Assembly: GCF_048593235.1 (NCBI RefSeq)
Contig: NC_133620.1
Location: forward strand, 295,817,765 to 295,881,764
DNA: 64,000 nucleotides
DNA from: Sminthopsis crassicaudata
Lineage: Eukaryota
Direction: 5' to 3'
The position numbers were made by a program, and so were the translations under genes. A model generated the notes under the pieces. It made no database searches. It saw nothing but the letters and a program-made list of their open reading frames with translations, and was not told where the DNA came from. The first letter of the stretch is position 1, and every line of letters starts with the position of its first letter. Positions 27,464-38,486 of the stretch are shown here, in pieces.

Positions 27464-27565
27464 GCAACTATCTTTGTCTCTTCCGCTGATCTTATATACA
27501 TATATTTTATGGGTCTTAATTCTGATGACTACCAGGAAGAATCAGTCAATGACCTGGATATCTGA
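27464..27565 (+). pseudogene. ELP5: ELP5 pseudo-exon 8 (terminal)
   Basis: Acceptor ttttctccgtag; HIFYGS* (27499-27519) vs HIFYEPD; after a frameshift DDYQEESVNDLDI* (27524-27565) vs DDLDQEDPDDDLDI*. Confidence 0.9.
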
Positions 27566-28757
27566 TGGTGCTGATGAATGACTGAATCCTGACTAACCTT
27601 GACTACGAACTGCAGCTATATAATATAGTCATACTTCCATCTTGTAAATTAGGTTCTAAAATCAGTGTATAAATCAAAGTGATTTAGTTAAAATTGCCCT
27701 TGAAATGACTTATAACATACATTATATAGTATCTTTAAGCAGTTATGGTTGGAAAGGGACTGGGGTCTCTGAAATTACTATAAAATAATTTAAAATAAAT
27801 TTTATTTTTCATTACATTCAACTTCACTATTAATCAAGAGTAACTGTTCTCAATTAGAAAAAAAGAAGAGATGTATTCTTAAGTAGCAGTAATAATGACG
27901 AGCAGAAAGCTTTATGCATAAGTGTTAACTCTATTTAAGGTAGGACTTTTCTTCATTCCTACCACAAATAAGTCCAAGGGAATTCTGACCTAGGAAACAT
28001 AACTAAAATACTAGGTTTAAGAGAAGGGATTGTGGTATAATGACTAGAGTCTCCCTCATTCCATCACTTGTACTCAGAGTGGAATGACAGATTTTCTTCA
28101 TACCAATTAGATTGTTTTTCCTCTCCTTTTTGGTCCAGTATGAACAAATGAATGAAGGTAAATTGTATATAATGAGACTTATGTTAGCATCTGCCTGATA
28201 TTGCATAGGATTTGTTAGGACTGGAAGATTTCCTTTCTGATACTTTTTTACTTTTATCTTTTCACTATCTACATCTTTTTTTTTTTTTTTTTTTTTTTTT
28301 TCTTCCTCAGCTATCACTGACCTTTTTCAGTAGGGCAACTCCTCCCTAGGAAGAAAAGTAGGATGGCTGCAAGTAGTGAGAAATTTCATATCCCTTCCCC
28401 CCCCCAAAAAAAAAAAAAGAAGAAAAAAAGCTTTTTTTTTTTTTTTTTTTTTTTTACAGAAAGCTAGAAAATGAGACTATACTAGAGAGAGCTAAACCTT
28501 TTAACCCTTGCAAAGAATGAGATACAAGAGCGCCATGGGTTGGGGAATGGTTTTGAAAATGAGTCCAAATTAATTCAGGAAAACTTAGGAAGAATCAATA
28601 TAAGAATTAAGCAAACAGGTGTAGAACTTGATTGGAATGGAAGCTGAATACCTTGGAGAAAGAACAGCAAAAGCTGAATGAACAGAGGTAAATGAGCAAG
28701 GGCAGGTATTAGCTGTCTAGCCCCAGTGGAATATAGGCAAGGTCCAAAACAAACTTC

Positions 28758-28763
28758 TTTATT
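28758..28763 (-). terminator. CLDN7 polyadenylation signal AATAAA
   Basis: TTTATT on the + strand, about 240 nt after the CLDN7 stop. Confidence 0.7.
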
Positions 28764-29002
28764 ATTATACAAAAAGAACAGTTCTTACCCTTTACTTCCC
28801 ATATCCCCTTCCCCATTCCCCTGGCCTTTGGTAGATTAAATCGGTTGTAGATAGAAGGGTTTGGAGAACTCTGCCCTCCTTCTCCACTGGCTCAGATTTC
28901 TCCTCTTGTTTCCTCCTCATCCCTTCCTGTCTTGAATTATATTTCAGAGCTCTGACCTCGGTGGGCTGGAGTGAGGGGAGATATATAGGAAACCCAGCTC
29001 TT

Positions 29003-31627
29003 TCAGACATACTCCTTAGCTGAACTGGGCTTGGGATAGGACCGTGGGGGTCGGTACCCTGCTTTGCCTTCACTACCTGGGCATGAGCAAGAGAGGAGGG
29101 CCCCCCCCAACAAAACCAGGGCAGAGCCAGCCCAGCCAATAAAAATGGCAGAGCCAAATTCAAACCTGTGGAGAGATGCAGAAAGAAATATGATCAAAAG
29201 TACCCAGTTATCTGGCCTATAATCCCTGACTACTCCCATCATTTTCCCATGAATCCCTATTCCCATTTGTGACCCCAGGTACCCAGAAGGAGTCTAATAC
29301 TTACTTAGTATTCATAGGGACCAATGGATTATAAAAATCTGTTACAATCTGGTGTCCATACCAGGAACAAGCAATGAGGGCAGCAAGACCTAATCAGGAA
29401 AGGAATAATGGATTCAGAGGTCCTATGAATCCCTTGACCTACTACCTCACTTTAAGATCTTTAGAGGTTATAAGTTCCAAGTCTAGAGCAAAACTACTAG
29501 ACTGTTAGAAGGCTTAGGAAAGGGGAGATGGGGCTTTAGGAAGGGGAAACAAGAGTATGGGGAAGGAGATGAGAACTGCTCACCAGCCACAATGAAGACA
29601 ATACCGCCTGTTATAGCAATTCGAGCTTTCTTCACCTTGTCATCACCTCCACATCGTGTACACTTCATGCCCATGGCAGCTACCATCATGGCCAGAAAGC
29701 CCAAAACCAGGGAGACAACCATTAAGGCCCGGGTGGCCTGCATGGAAGCTAACAAAAGGAAGGCTTATTATCATTGACTTAGGTGAAGGGACCAGACCTC
29801 TGATTTTATTGATGAAGGAAATCCCTGGAGGTGAGGAAATTACATCTCCCAAGACTATACCACGCCTTTTTGGCAGCTTATTATTGGCGTACATTCTCCA
29901 TTGTATAACTTATACTGTATTCATGCCTTCTCAATATTGGGCCATAATTAATAGTTCACATTTTTTTAGTTTACATAGTGCTTACAATTTTCCTCAAAGT
30001 AGCTACCTAAGGTTCCTAGTATAAATTATTCAAAGCAAGATCCGTTATACTAGTAATTCTATTTCTTGGATTCGCTATTGGACCTTATTACACCCAAGTA
30101 AGGGGTTTTACTGAGTAGGACAAATTAGCTTAGGAGGCCAAAGCACCTATTTCCTCACAGAATCAAGGTATTCCAGTTTTCTCCATAGGGAACAGCCTTC
30201 TAAATTCCCCTCCCATTGATTTATGTACCTTTAGAATTATCTTTCAGCTACTCCACAGACCTCATCTCCCTAACGTCAATATCTGGATCCTCCCCATCCA
30301 ATTTTGTTCACGTATTCAATCCTGGAACCTCTTCCCTACAACTCTTTTCTTGGTCCCCAGCCAGTAGTAACCTGTTCCTTCCTCTCTGCCATTCCTGCCC
30401 CCTCCTCCCGCACCTGAGCCTTCCTGTTTAGTCCCAGCCCCGCCCGAGGAGCCCCGCCTCAGCTCCTGGACTACGCCCGGGGCGCCCAAGTTTCGGTGAA
30501 ACTGCTCTGGGGAGCAGAGCAAGCCCCTCCAAAGACCCCGAAGCCCAGCCTGGCCCGGACTCCGAGTATTGAGCCCCACCCTTTTGACCTCCCTCGGGCC
30601 CCACTATCTGTAACCTCGGGTGCTAGTTACTATAACTAATCGGTGAGATAAGATTAGAGGCCACAGGCAGCAGGCTCTGACTCTAAGACTCTGGCATTCG
30701 GGCCCTCAATATTCCCGTTGCTTTCTAGTTCGTCAATGTCCTTACTAGGCTGAGACATCAGGTTCCTGGGTTGTTCAGCTCCCACCCAGGCTCAGGTGCA
30801 AAGAAACAGAATCCCTTCAGGACCCAAACTTCCACACTTTAAGCCACCCTCATTCTTTTACTTTCTAGTCCCTCTCTTTTCAGTGGCCTCTAAGGCCGTC
30901 ACTTAGTGCAAGAGAAAAAGTAAAAATTAAAGGGACTAGAAGTAGGTGGATAAGGAACTAGAAGGACGTTGAACTTGAGTTTTATAGCAAATGGGACAGG
31001 ATGAAGACAGAGAAGGAGAGAAATCAGAAGTGAGAGCTCTGTAGAGAGTATTATACTTCTGCTTTGGTAAACTCGCATAACGTCCCTCCTTCAATATGAG
31101 ATCTTTCAACCCTTTCCTCCCAGGCCCATTCACCTCAGATGTCCCCAGTCCCCACCAGCCTCACCTTTCTTCCCTCCTCACCTCGGCCATTTGCCTGCAC
31201 ATTCATCCCAGTTTCCTTCCCACTCCTCCCTCAACCAGACACTTCAGTTGAGTCTTTAGTCTCTAAACTTGTAAACTTCTCCCACAGTGGCTTTCTACCC
31301 GGGAGTTTAGATTAGATCACCTCCACCGTCACCCCCAGCTCCTTCATTTCCCACCCTTTCCTCCCACCATCAGGACCCAAGTGACCAGTGCTCCCCAGCC
31401 TCACCAGGTAGAGCGAGGACTGAGTCGTACATCTTGCAGCTGATGAGGCCCGTACTCTGGCTGATGCATTCCATCCATAGCCCCTTGTACACCGCCTGGG
31501 CAGTAATGATGTTGTCCCCTGCATAAGAGCTGATCTGCCACTGAGGGATCGCGGTGCAGGCTATCAATCCCACCCACCCCAGAGCTGCCATGGTGAACCC
31601 CAGCAGCTGAAGACCTGAGTTTGCCAT
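29003..31627 (-). CDS. CLDN7: Claudin-7, 4 exons, 211 aa
   Basis: Exons 31405-31627 ([18 protein letters not shown] claudin signature), 29584-29748, 29305-29389, 29003-29165 (ends [13 protein letters not shown]-binding YV); total 636 nt. Confidence 0.98.
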
Positions 31628-32229
31628 CCTCCCAAAAACAAAAATAAAAACAACCGATCCTACAAATAAACAACAACAAAAAAAATCTTTGCAGCAACTC
31701 TACAAAAAGTACAATTCACCCCCCTAGTTGGCGGTGTTTTCTAAGAAAACCCTGAAAAACTACTTCTGTGGTCAACCTTTACAATTTTCTAATTATTTTC
31801 TTCTTTCGAACACCCTACAGTAAACAGAAGGGGCTTCTCTCTGAGGGCTCTGCTCTAGGTGAGCAGGAAAGTTAGAAGGGACCTGCAGACAAAGAAAGGT
31901 CGCCGCTCCTCTACACCCCCCCCCCTGCCCAGAGACAGACAAAAGAGAAGGTACTCTAAAATAGAAGACAAAACTCCACAAAGCCCATGCCTGGTTTTTA
32001 GGGACCTCCGGGACTCTCTAGAGCTGCAGCTAACCTACCCAAACAAAAGGTGTGCAAACCTATAGGGATTGCTCTCTGGGTCTCTAAAAGACTGGAGTAG
32101 CTAGTTCAGGTCACCCTGCCAGTAAGAAAACCCCCAAAAGCCTGTTCTCACAGCTGCCTCAGCCTTCGGTCACTTCCAAGTGCTGCCAGACTACAATCCA
32201 GTCCAGAATGGCAGCTAAACTCTCCCGGG

Positions 32230-32410
32230 GATGGGGACAGGTGTAGCTTGAGCACCTGTTTATACGACCCTGGGGGGTGGGGTGGAGTGGAAGGGGCGAG
32301 GGACAGGGGCGTGGCCAGGAGGGAATGGAGAAGGTGACTTGACGTCACAGAAAGGGACAGTCATCTAGACCGGAAGTCCCCCATACACACACCTGCACAG
32401 GTGAAACAGT
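32230..32410 (-). promoter_or_regulatory. CLDN7 upstream promoter module
   Basis: Four E2-boxes (CAGGTG 32238, CACCTG 32253, CACCTG 32390, CAGGTG 32398), perfect CRE TGACGTCA at 32340-32347, ETS CCGGAAGT at 32370-32377, GC-box-like GGGCGTGGC near 32307. Confidence 0.6.
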
Positions 32411-32949
32411 GGAGTACAGAGTCTGGAACCCTGGGACGTGCTACCTCTGACCTGGAAGTTCTGAAGGGAACTTACTTCTGAAAGGGGGGGCGACCTGAAG
32501 ATCTCTGAGGTTCCTCAGGAAAGGGAGGTCTAAGACTTTTTTGTCATCCAAGGTTTTCCTTTCCACTTTCCCTCTGAGTCACCTGAGGTCCCTCTACACA
32601 CCGTTTAGACTTCTTCCTTTTCCCCTTCCTCCTCTCCTCCCTCCTCCCAGTCATTTGGCTCTTAATTCAGCCGCACCCAAGTAAATTGTCACTGGACACA
32701 GATAGGTGTCCCTAGTGCCACCCTGTGGGGACACAGATGGGTTTAGAGGAATTAGCTCCTAGGGCAAGTAAATGTTCTAAAGCCCTGCATTTTTGTCTGT
32801 CTCTCAGACTTTTTATAATAGCAGATATATGATAACTGATTATATAAAAACTCTTATGTGTAATATACTTATACGATATATGCTCACATCTTATCCCCTA
32901 CCTAGTGTAAGCTCTGTATTATATGAAGGGACCATGTTTTACCTCTAAT

Positions 32950-33070
32950 TTGCTTGGAAGGGGAAGGCTTGGTGCCTTGGTGGCAAAAACAGGCATGGCC
33001 TCTGGCTGGGGTTCAAATCTTATCTCTGCTCATTACTACTTGTATGACTTTGGGTAAGTCACACAATCCA
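32950..33070 (+). mobile_element. MIR fragment
   Basis: gggttcaaatcttatctctgctc..tgtatgactttgggtaagtcac. Confidence 0.6.
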
Positions 33071-33269
33071 CGACTACAGTGTCTCTTGAGTTTCTTTCTA
33101 CCTTCTAGAGCTCTTAATACCTTGTAACAGCTCACAATAGGAGCTTAACAAATTATGGTCGTGCTCCCATGCATCCTCTTCTTTCAAGTTTTACCCCATG
33201 ACAATTTCTTCTGCCAAATATTTGTTCCTATTTCTGGACTTCATCATACTTTGACCTCTGCGATGTATA

Positions 33270-33865
33270 TTGTTTCCATCTCCCAGTGTTGCTGGATCCA
33301 TAATAATTTATCACATTTATAGTTCTTTAAGCTCTAACTCTCCCTCCTTTATTTTTTTTGATCTCTCATCAGCTTCCCCCATCTTCCTATCAATCTTTCT
33401 GTGTCCCCTATCTTTTCCTGACTTCTTTCCCTATCTGCATATTTCTACCCCTCTCTCCATCTTTTCCTTCTCATGTTTCCTAGAATTTTGTTCGTTTCTT
33501 TCTGTCCTGTAGCTCTCTTCAATTCTTCTCTATATCTTCATGTTTTGCTCTACTTATTTCCTCTTCATTTCTAATCTCATTCCATCACTCCTTTTATATT
33601 CTTTATTTAGTTTTTTCCCAAACTCTTATCTCTTTCCCCATTATGATGCCAGTCCTTATTCTTTCTCCATCTCAATTTCCTTTATATTGTTTATTTTTCT
33701 TCTTTCCATTGTTTTCTTAATCTACATATCTTATATCTCTCCAGATTTCTTCCTAGACTCACTTTCTAAAAATCTCTTTTCTTTTGTCTTCCCTTCTCTC
33801 TCATCTGTCTCCTTTCCTTTTATACCTGTCTTTCTCATTACTCTCCTCATTTCATTTTTAATTCA
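33270..33865. repeat. CT-rich low-complexity tract
   Basis: About 600 nt of strongly pyrimidine-biased sequence; a similar tract lies at 36137-36480. Confidence 0.8.
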
Positions 33866-36130
33866 TTTCAATTCTATTAAGTGCCTAAGCACATTGATGG
33901 AAATAAAAAAGATAAATATGAAACAGACATGCTCTCAAGGAAATTATAATCTAATGAAATAGAGGGGCACCAACATAATTATAATAAGGAGGAAAATACA
34001 ATAAATGAATTGGAAAGATCTAGATAAAATCTGAGAAATTTGAGCAATTTCTAACTAAAAAGACTTTACTAGAGATATGAATCCTGAGACATCTCTTCAA
34101 ATCAAACAACTCCTTTATGATGAAAGTCCATTTAGGCAATGGGCAAAACATACTATAAAGGACATCAAATGTAAAGTATGAGAAGAGTGTATAAAGATTT
34201 GTTGTTGAACTTCAAAGTCAAGATAAGGAGTTTGTTTTATTCCTTGTTCATCTCTCTTTTGGGGTATGAAAGAATGATCTGCAAACTGTGCATACTCTTT
34301 GATCCAGCAATATCTCTATTGAGTCTGTATCCCAAAGAGATCATTAAAAAGAGAAAAGGTCCCACATGTGCAAAAATGTGTATAGCAACCCTTTTTGTAG
34401 TAGGAACTGGAAACAGGAAATGTCCATCAATTGGGAAATGGCTGAATAAGTTATGGTATATAGATATTATGGAATAGTATTGTTCTATAAGAAACGATCA
34501 GCAGGATGATTTCAGAGAGGCCTGGAGAGACCTGTTGAATGAAGTGCATAGAACCAAAAGAACATTGTACATGGCAACAAGATTATGTAATGATCAACTC
34601 TGATGAATATGGCTTTTTTCAACAGTGATGTGGTTCAGGACAATTGCAATAGATTTGTGATAAAGAGAGCCAAATCACTATTGCTCAGAGAAATGCAAAT
34701 TAAGGCAACTCTGAGATACCACTACACACCTGTCAGATAGGCTAAGATGATAGGAAAAGATAATAATGAATATTGGAAGGGATGTGGGAAAACAGGGACA
34801 CTGATACATTGTTGGTGGAACTGTGAATGGATCCAACCATTCTGGAGAGCAGTTTAGAACTATGCTCAAAAAATTATCAAACTATGCATACCCTTTAATC
34901 CATCAGTGTTTCTACTGGGATTATATCCCCAAGAGATCTTAAAGGAGGGAAACACATGTGCAAAAATGTTTGTGGCAGCGCTCTTTGTATTGGCAAGAAA
35001 CTGGAAATTATTCAATTGCCTATCAATCAGAGAATGGCTGAATAAATTATGATATATGAATGCTATGGAATACTATTGTTCTGTAATAAATGACCAGCAG
35101 GATGATTTCAAAGAGGCCTGGAGAGACTTATCTGAACTGATGGGAAGTAAAATGAGCAGAACCAGGAGATCATTATACACAGCAACTATCAATTCTGAGG
35201 GATGTGGCTGTCTTCAACAATGAGATGATTCAACCAGTTCCACTTATTCAGTGATGAAGAGAGCTAGCTACACTCAGAGAGAGAATCATGGGAATAGAGT
35301 ATGGAACCAACAAAGCATTCTTACTCTGTTATTTGCTTGTATTTTGTTTTCTTCCTCAGTTTTTCTTTTTCTCCCTTCTTGATCTGATTGTTCTTGTGCA
35401 GTAAGGTAATTACATAAAGATGTATACATATATTGGATTTGACATGTATTTTAACATATTCTACATGTATTGCACCACCTGCTAGCTAGAGGAGGGGGTT
35501 GGGAGAAGGAGGGGAAAATTTGGACCAAAAGGTTTTGCAAGGATCAATGTTGGAAAAATTACCCACACATATGTTCTGTAAATAAAAAGCTTTAACAAAA
35601 ATAATAACAACAACACTAGGAAAAAAATAAGGAGACTGGGGACTGAATGTGGATCACAACATAGTATTTTCACCTTTTTTATTATTTGATTTCTCATTTT
35701 TTTTCCTTTTTGATCTGATTTTTCTTGTGCAGCATGATAAATGTGGAAATATGTATAGAAAAATTGCACATGTTTAACATATATTGGATTACTTGTTGTC
35801 TAGGGGAAGGGGTTGGGGGGGAATGGAGGAGAAAAAATTTGGAACACAAGGTTTTGCAAGAGTGAATGTTGAAAACTATCTTTGCATGTATTTTGGAAAC
35901 AAAAAGCTATTTTAAAAATGAATGATCTAATTGTAGTGGTACATCAAGTGGAGAAAGAAATACCAGTTATTATAAGGCTATAATATTATAATAGTCTAAG
36001 CAAAAAGAGATAGAGTCAGAGGAAAGGACAGATAGATAAGTAAAGAGATTTTAAAGATAGGATCAAGAGAACCTGTCAACTGATTGGATATATGACATAT
36101 GGAAAACATTAAAAGTTACTCCAATATTAC
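33865..36130 (-). mobile_element. L2 fragment interrupted by nested L1 copies
   Basis: L2 3' end (aattcatttcaattctattaagtgcctaagcac) at 33865; L2-like sequence resumes near 35920 after the L1 block. Confidence 0.55.
34260..35920 (+). mobile_element. Two nested marsupial L1 3' fragments (L1 about 34671-35630 inside L1 34260-35920)
   Basis: ORF2 C-terminal remnants (KLCILFDPAISLLSLYPKEII; CWKGCGKTGTLIHCWW) occur twice; two 3'UTR/A-tail ends, near 35600 and 35915. Confidence 0.85.
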
Positions 36131-36964
36131 TAGTTCCTAGATGATTTTCCATTTCCATCTCACTATTTTAAATTCTCTTCTCTCTCCTCCGTCTTCTATC
36201 CTATTTCTTTTTCCATCTTTTTTGATATCTCTTAGCCTAATGCTTTTCCTTTTCCGTTTCTGTCCTTTTCCTGGCTCTAAATCATCTCTTCTGCCTCCCT
36301 TCTCTATCTTTCCTTCTCTTACTCTATTTAACTTCTCATTTTGTCTTCCATCTTTATCATTCATTTCCCTCTTCATTTATCCTTATCACTTCCTATTCTG
36401 ATCTTTATCCTTCACTCTCCCCCATTCCTTTGAATCTTAACTTTTTATGACTTTCCTCTTCTGATCTTTTTCTTTATGTCTCACTATGCCACATACAAAA
36501 TCCCCATCCTATAATTATGAATGCCTACTTCTTAAAACTCTTTTGCATACAAAAGTTTCCCACCTCAATCCCAGTCACAGAATAATCAAAGTATCTTTGA
36601 CCTCTGTTACCACTCTGGTGATTATTATTAGGAGCTGATTGACCCAACTTCTAGTCTTGATTCCCCCTCCCCCCCCTTTTTTTCCCCTCTCAGGGGATCT
36701 GTAGAATATTTTACTCTTTATTTTTCTGTTTTATTGCCAGTCACTATTCAGTTACCACACATGTATATTTTTCTCATGAATACACATTAAAAATTCAAAT
36801 AAATTTGTGGTCTTATCATAGCCAAAAATGTAAATTACAATCCAAGTCTGCCCATCTAGTGTGACTCTTCTAATAAATCTACCTTCCCATAAATTTGCCA
36901 CAAGAGCCTCTTCTTTCCCTGAAGCCCTGAGCTTTTTACTTTCTGTTCTTCAATTACCATTAAA

Positions 36965-37120
36965 GGAGGCAGCTAGGTGGCGAAGTGGAAAGAGCACCAG
37001 CCTTAAAGTCAGAAGGACCCGAATTCAAATGTGACTTCAGACACTTAACACTTCCTAGTTGTGGGCCTGGGCAAGTCACTTAACCCCAATTGCCTCAGCA
37101 AAACAAACAAAAAATACTAA
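36965..37120 (+). mobile_element. WSINE1-type SINE (template of the inverted copy)
   Basis: ggcagctaggtggcgaagtggaaagagcaccagcc..gcaagtcacttaaccccaattgcctcagcaaaa. Confidence 0.92.
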
Positions 37121-37977
37121 AAACCAGATTGGTAGTGGTCTCACAGGTGACCATATGCTGGCCAGGACTATTTCAGAAAACATCTCAGCCCTCTATAACT
37201 CCTGAGTGCCACTGGCACCAGGGCCTATGACTCAGCACCTTTTCCTTTTGACATCATGGGGATCTCCAACACAACTCCTCTGAGAAACTGAATTTGGAGG
37301 CCTTTTGGCCATTAAACCAGTTGCCACAGTTCAGAGAAGCATCACACAATCATTGCCATTCCATCAAATATGTTGAGAAAAATAGCATCTCAGATGAATA
37401 GAATTAAGTGCTGCAATACTAGGCTTCTCACTATTAAGATTTCATCCAGGCCTTTATCAGAGGCCTCATCTCCAAAATATACAGAGAATTGACTTTAATT
37501 TATAAGAAATCAAGCCATTCTCCAATTGATAAATGGTCAAAGGATAGGAACAGACAATTTTCAGATGATGAAATTAAAACTATTTCCACTCATGTGAAAG
37601 AGTGTTCCAAAGCACTATTGATCAGAGAAATGCAAATTAAGACAACTCTGAGATACCACTACACACCTGTCAGATTGGCTAAGATGACAGGAACAAATAA
37701 CGATGAATGTTGGAAGGGCTGTGGGAAAACTGGGACACTGATACATTGTTGGTGGAGTTGTGAAAGAATCCAACCATTCTGGAGAGCAATCTAGAATTAT
37801 GCCCAAAAAGTTATCAAAATGTGCATACCCTTTGACCCAGCCATACTACTACTGGGCTTATATCCCAAGGAAATACTAAAGAAGGGAAAGGGACCTGTAT
37901 GTGCCAAAATGTTTGTGGCAGCCCTTTTTGTAGTGGCTAGAAACTGGAAAATGAATGGATGCCCATCAATGGATGCC

Positions 37978-38173
37978 CTACCAATCTGGTTTTTAGTATT
38001 TTTTGTTTGTTTTGCTGAGGCAATTGGGGTTAAGTGACTTGCCCAGGCCCACAGCTAGGAAGTGTTAAGTGTCTGAAGTCACATTTGAATTCGGGTCCTT
38101 CTGACTTTAAGGCTGGTGCTCTTTCCACTTCGCCACCTAGCTGCCTCCTTTAATGGTAATTGAAGAACAGAAA
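37978..38173 (-). repeat. Inverted copy of 36940-37135 (SINE plus unique flanks)
   Basis: 196-nt reverse complement with one mismatch seen. Confidence 0.95.
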
Positions 38174-38321
38174 TGGAGAATGGTTGGATAAATTATGGTA
38201 TATGAAGGTTATGGAATATTATTGCTCTGTAAGAAATGACCAACAAGAGGAATACAGAGAGGCCTGGAGAGACTTACATCAACTGATGCTGAATGAAACG
38301 AGCAGAATTAGGAGATCACTA

Positions 38322-38486
38322 GACTATATTGTAACACATGTAAAATGTATGGGATTGCCTGTCATCGGGGGGAGGGAATAGAGGGAGGGGGGGATAATTT
38401 GGAAAAATGAATACAAGTGATAATATTATAAAAATATATATATAATAAAAAATTATTAATAAAATTTAAAAAAAAAAGAAAAAAAA
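38322..38486 (+). mobile_element. Short L1 3'-end insertion with 18-bp TSD, nested in L1
   Basis: TSD agaattaggagatcacta at 38304-38321 and 38487-38504; A-rich tail. Confidence 0.9.

Larger units (their letters stand above)
23350..27565 (+). pseudogene. ELP5: Decayed Elongator complex subunit 5 (ELP5/DERP6) pseudogene, eight exon remnants in syntenic position
   Basis: Hand translation gives collinear remnants matching recalled mammalian ELP5: ex1 23350-23395, ex2 about 23496-23568, ex3 about 23755-23840, ex4 about 25398-25599, ex5 about 25994-26147, ex6 26338-26430, ex7 26573-26673, ex8 27464-27565. Multiple stops and frameshifts. Head-to-head with CTDNEP1 and tail-to-tail with CLDN7, as human ELP5 is. 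Confidence 0.93.

Noticed and set aside
33540-33962. Hydrophobic 140-aa ORF (and similar ORF at 36141-36401)
   Set aside because: Translation of CT-rich low-complexity DNA (F/S/L bias), not a membrane protein.
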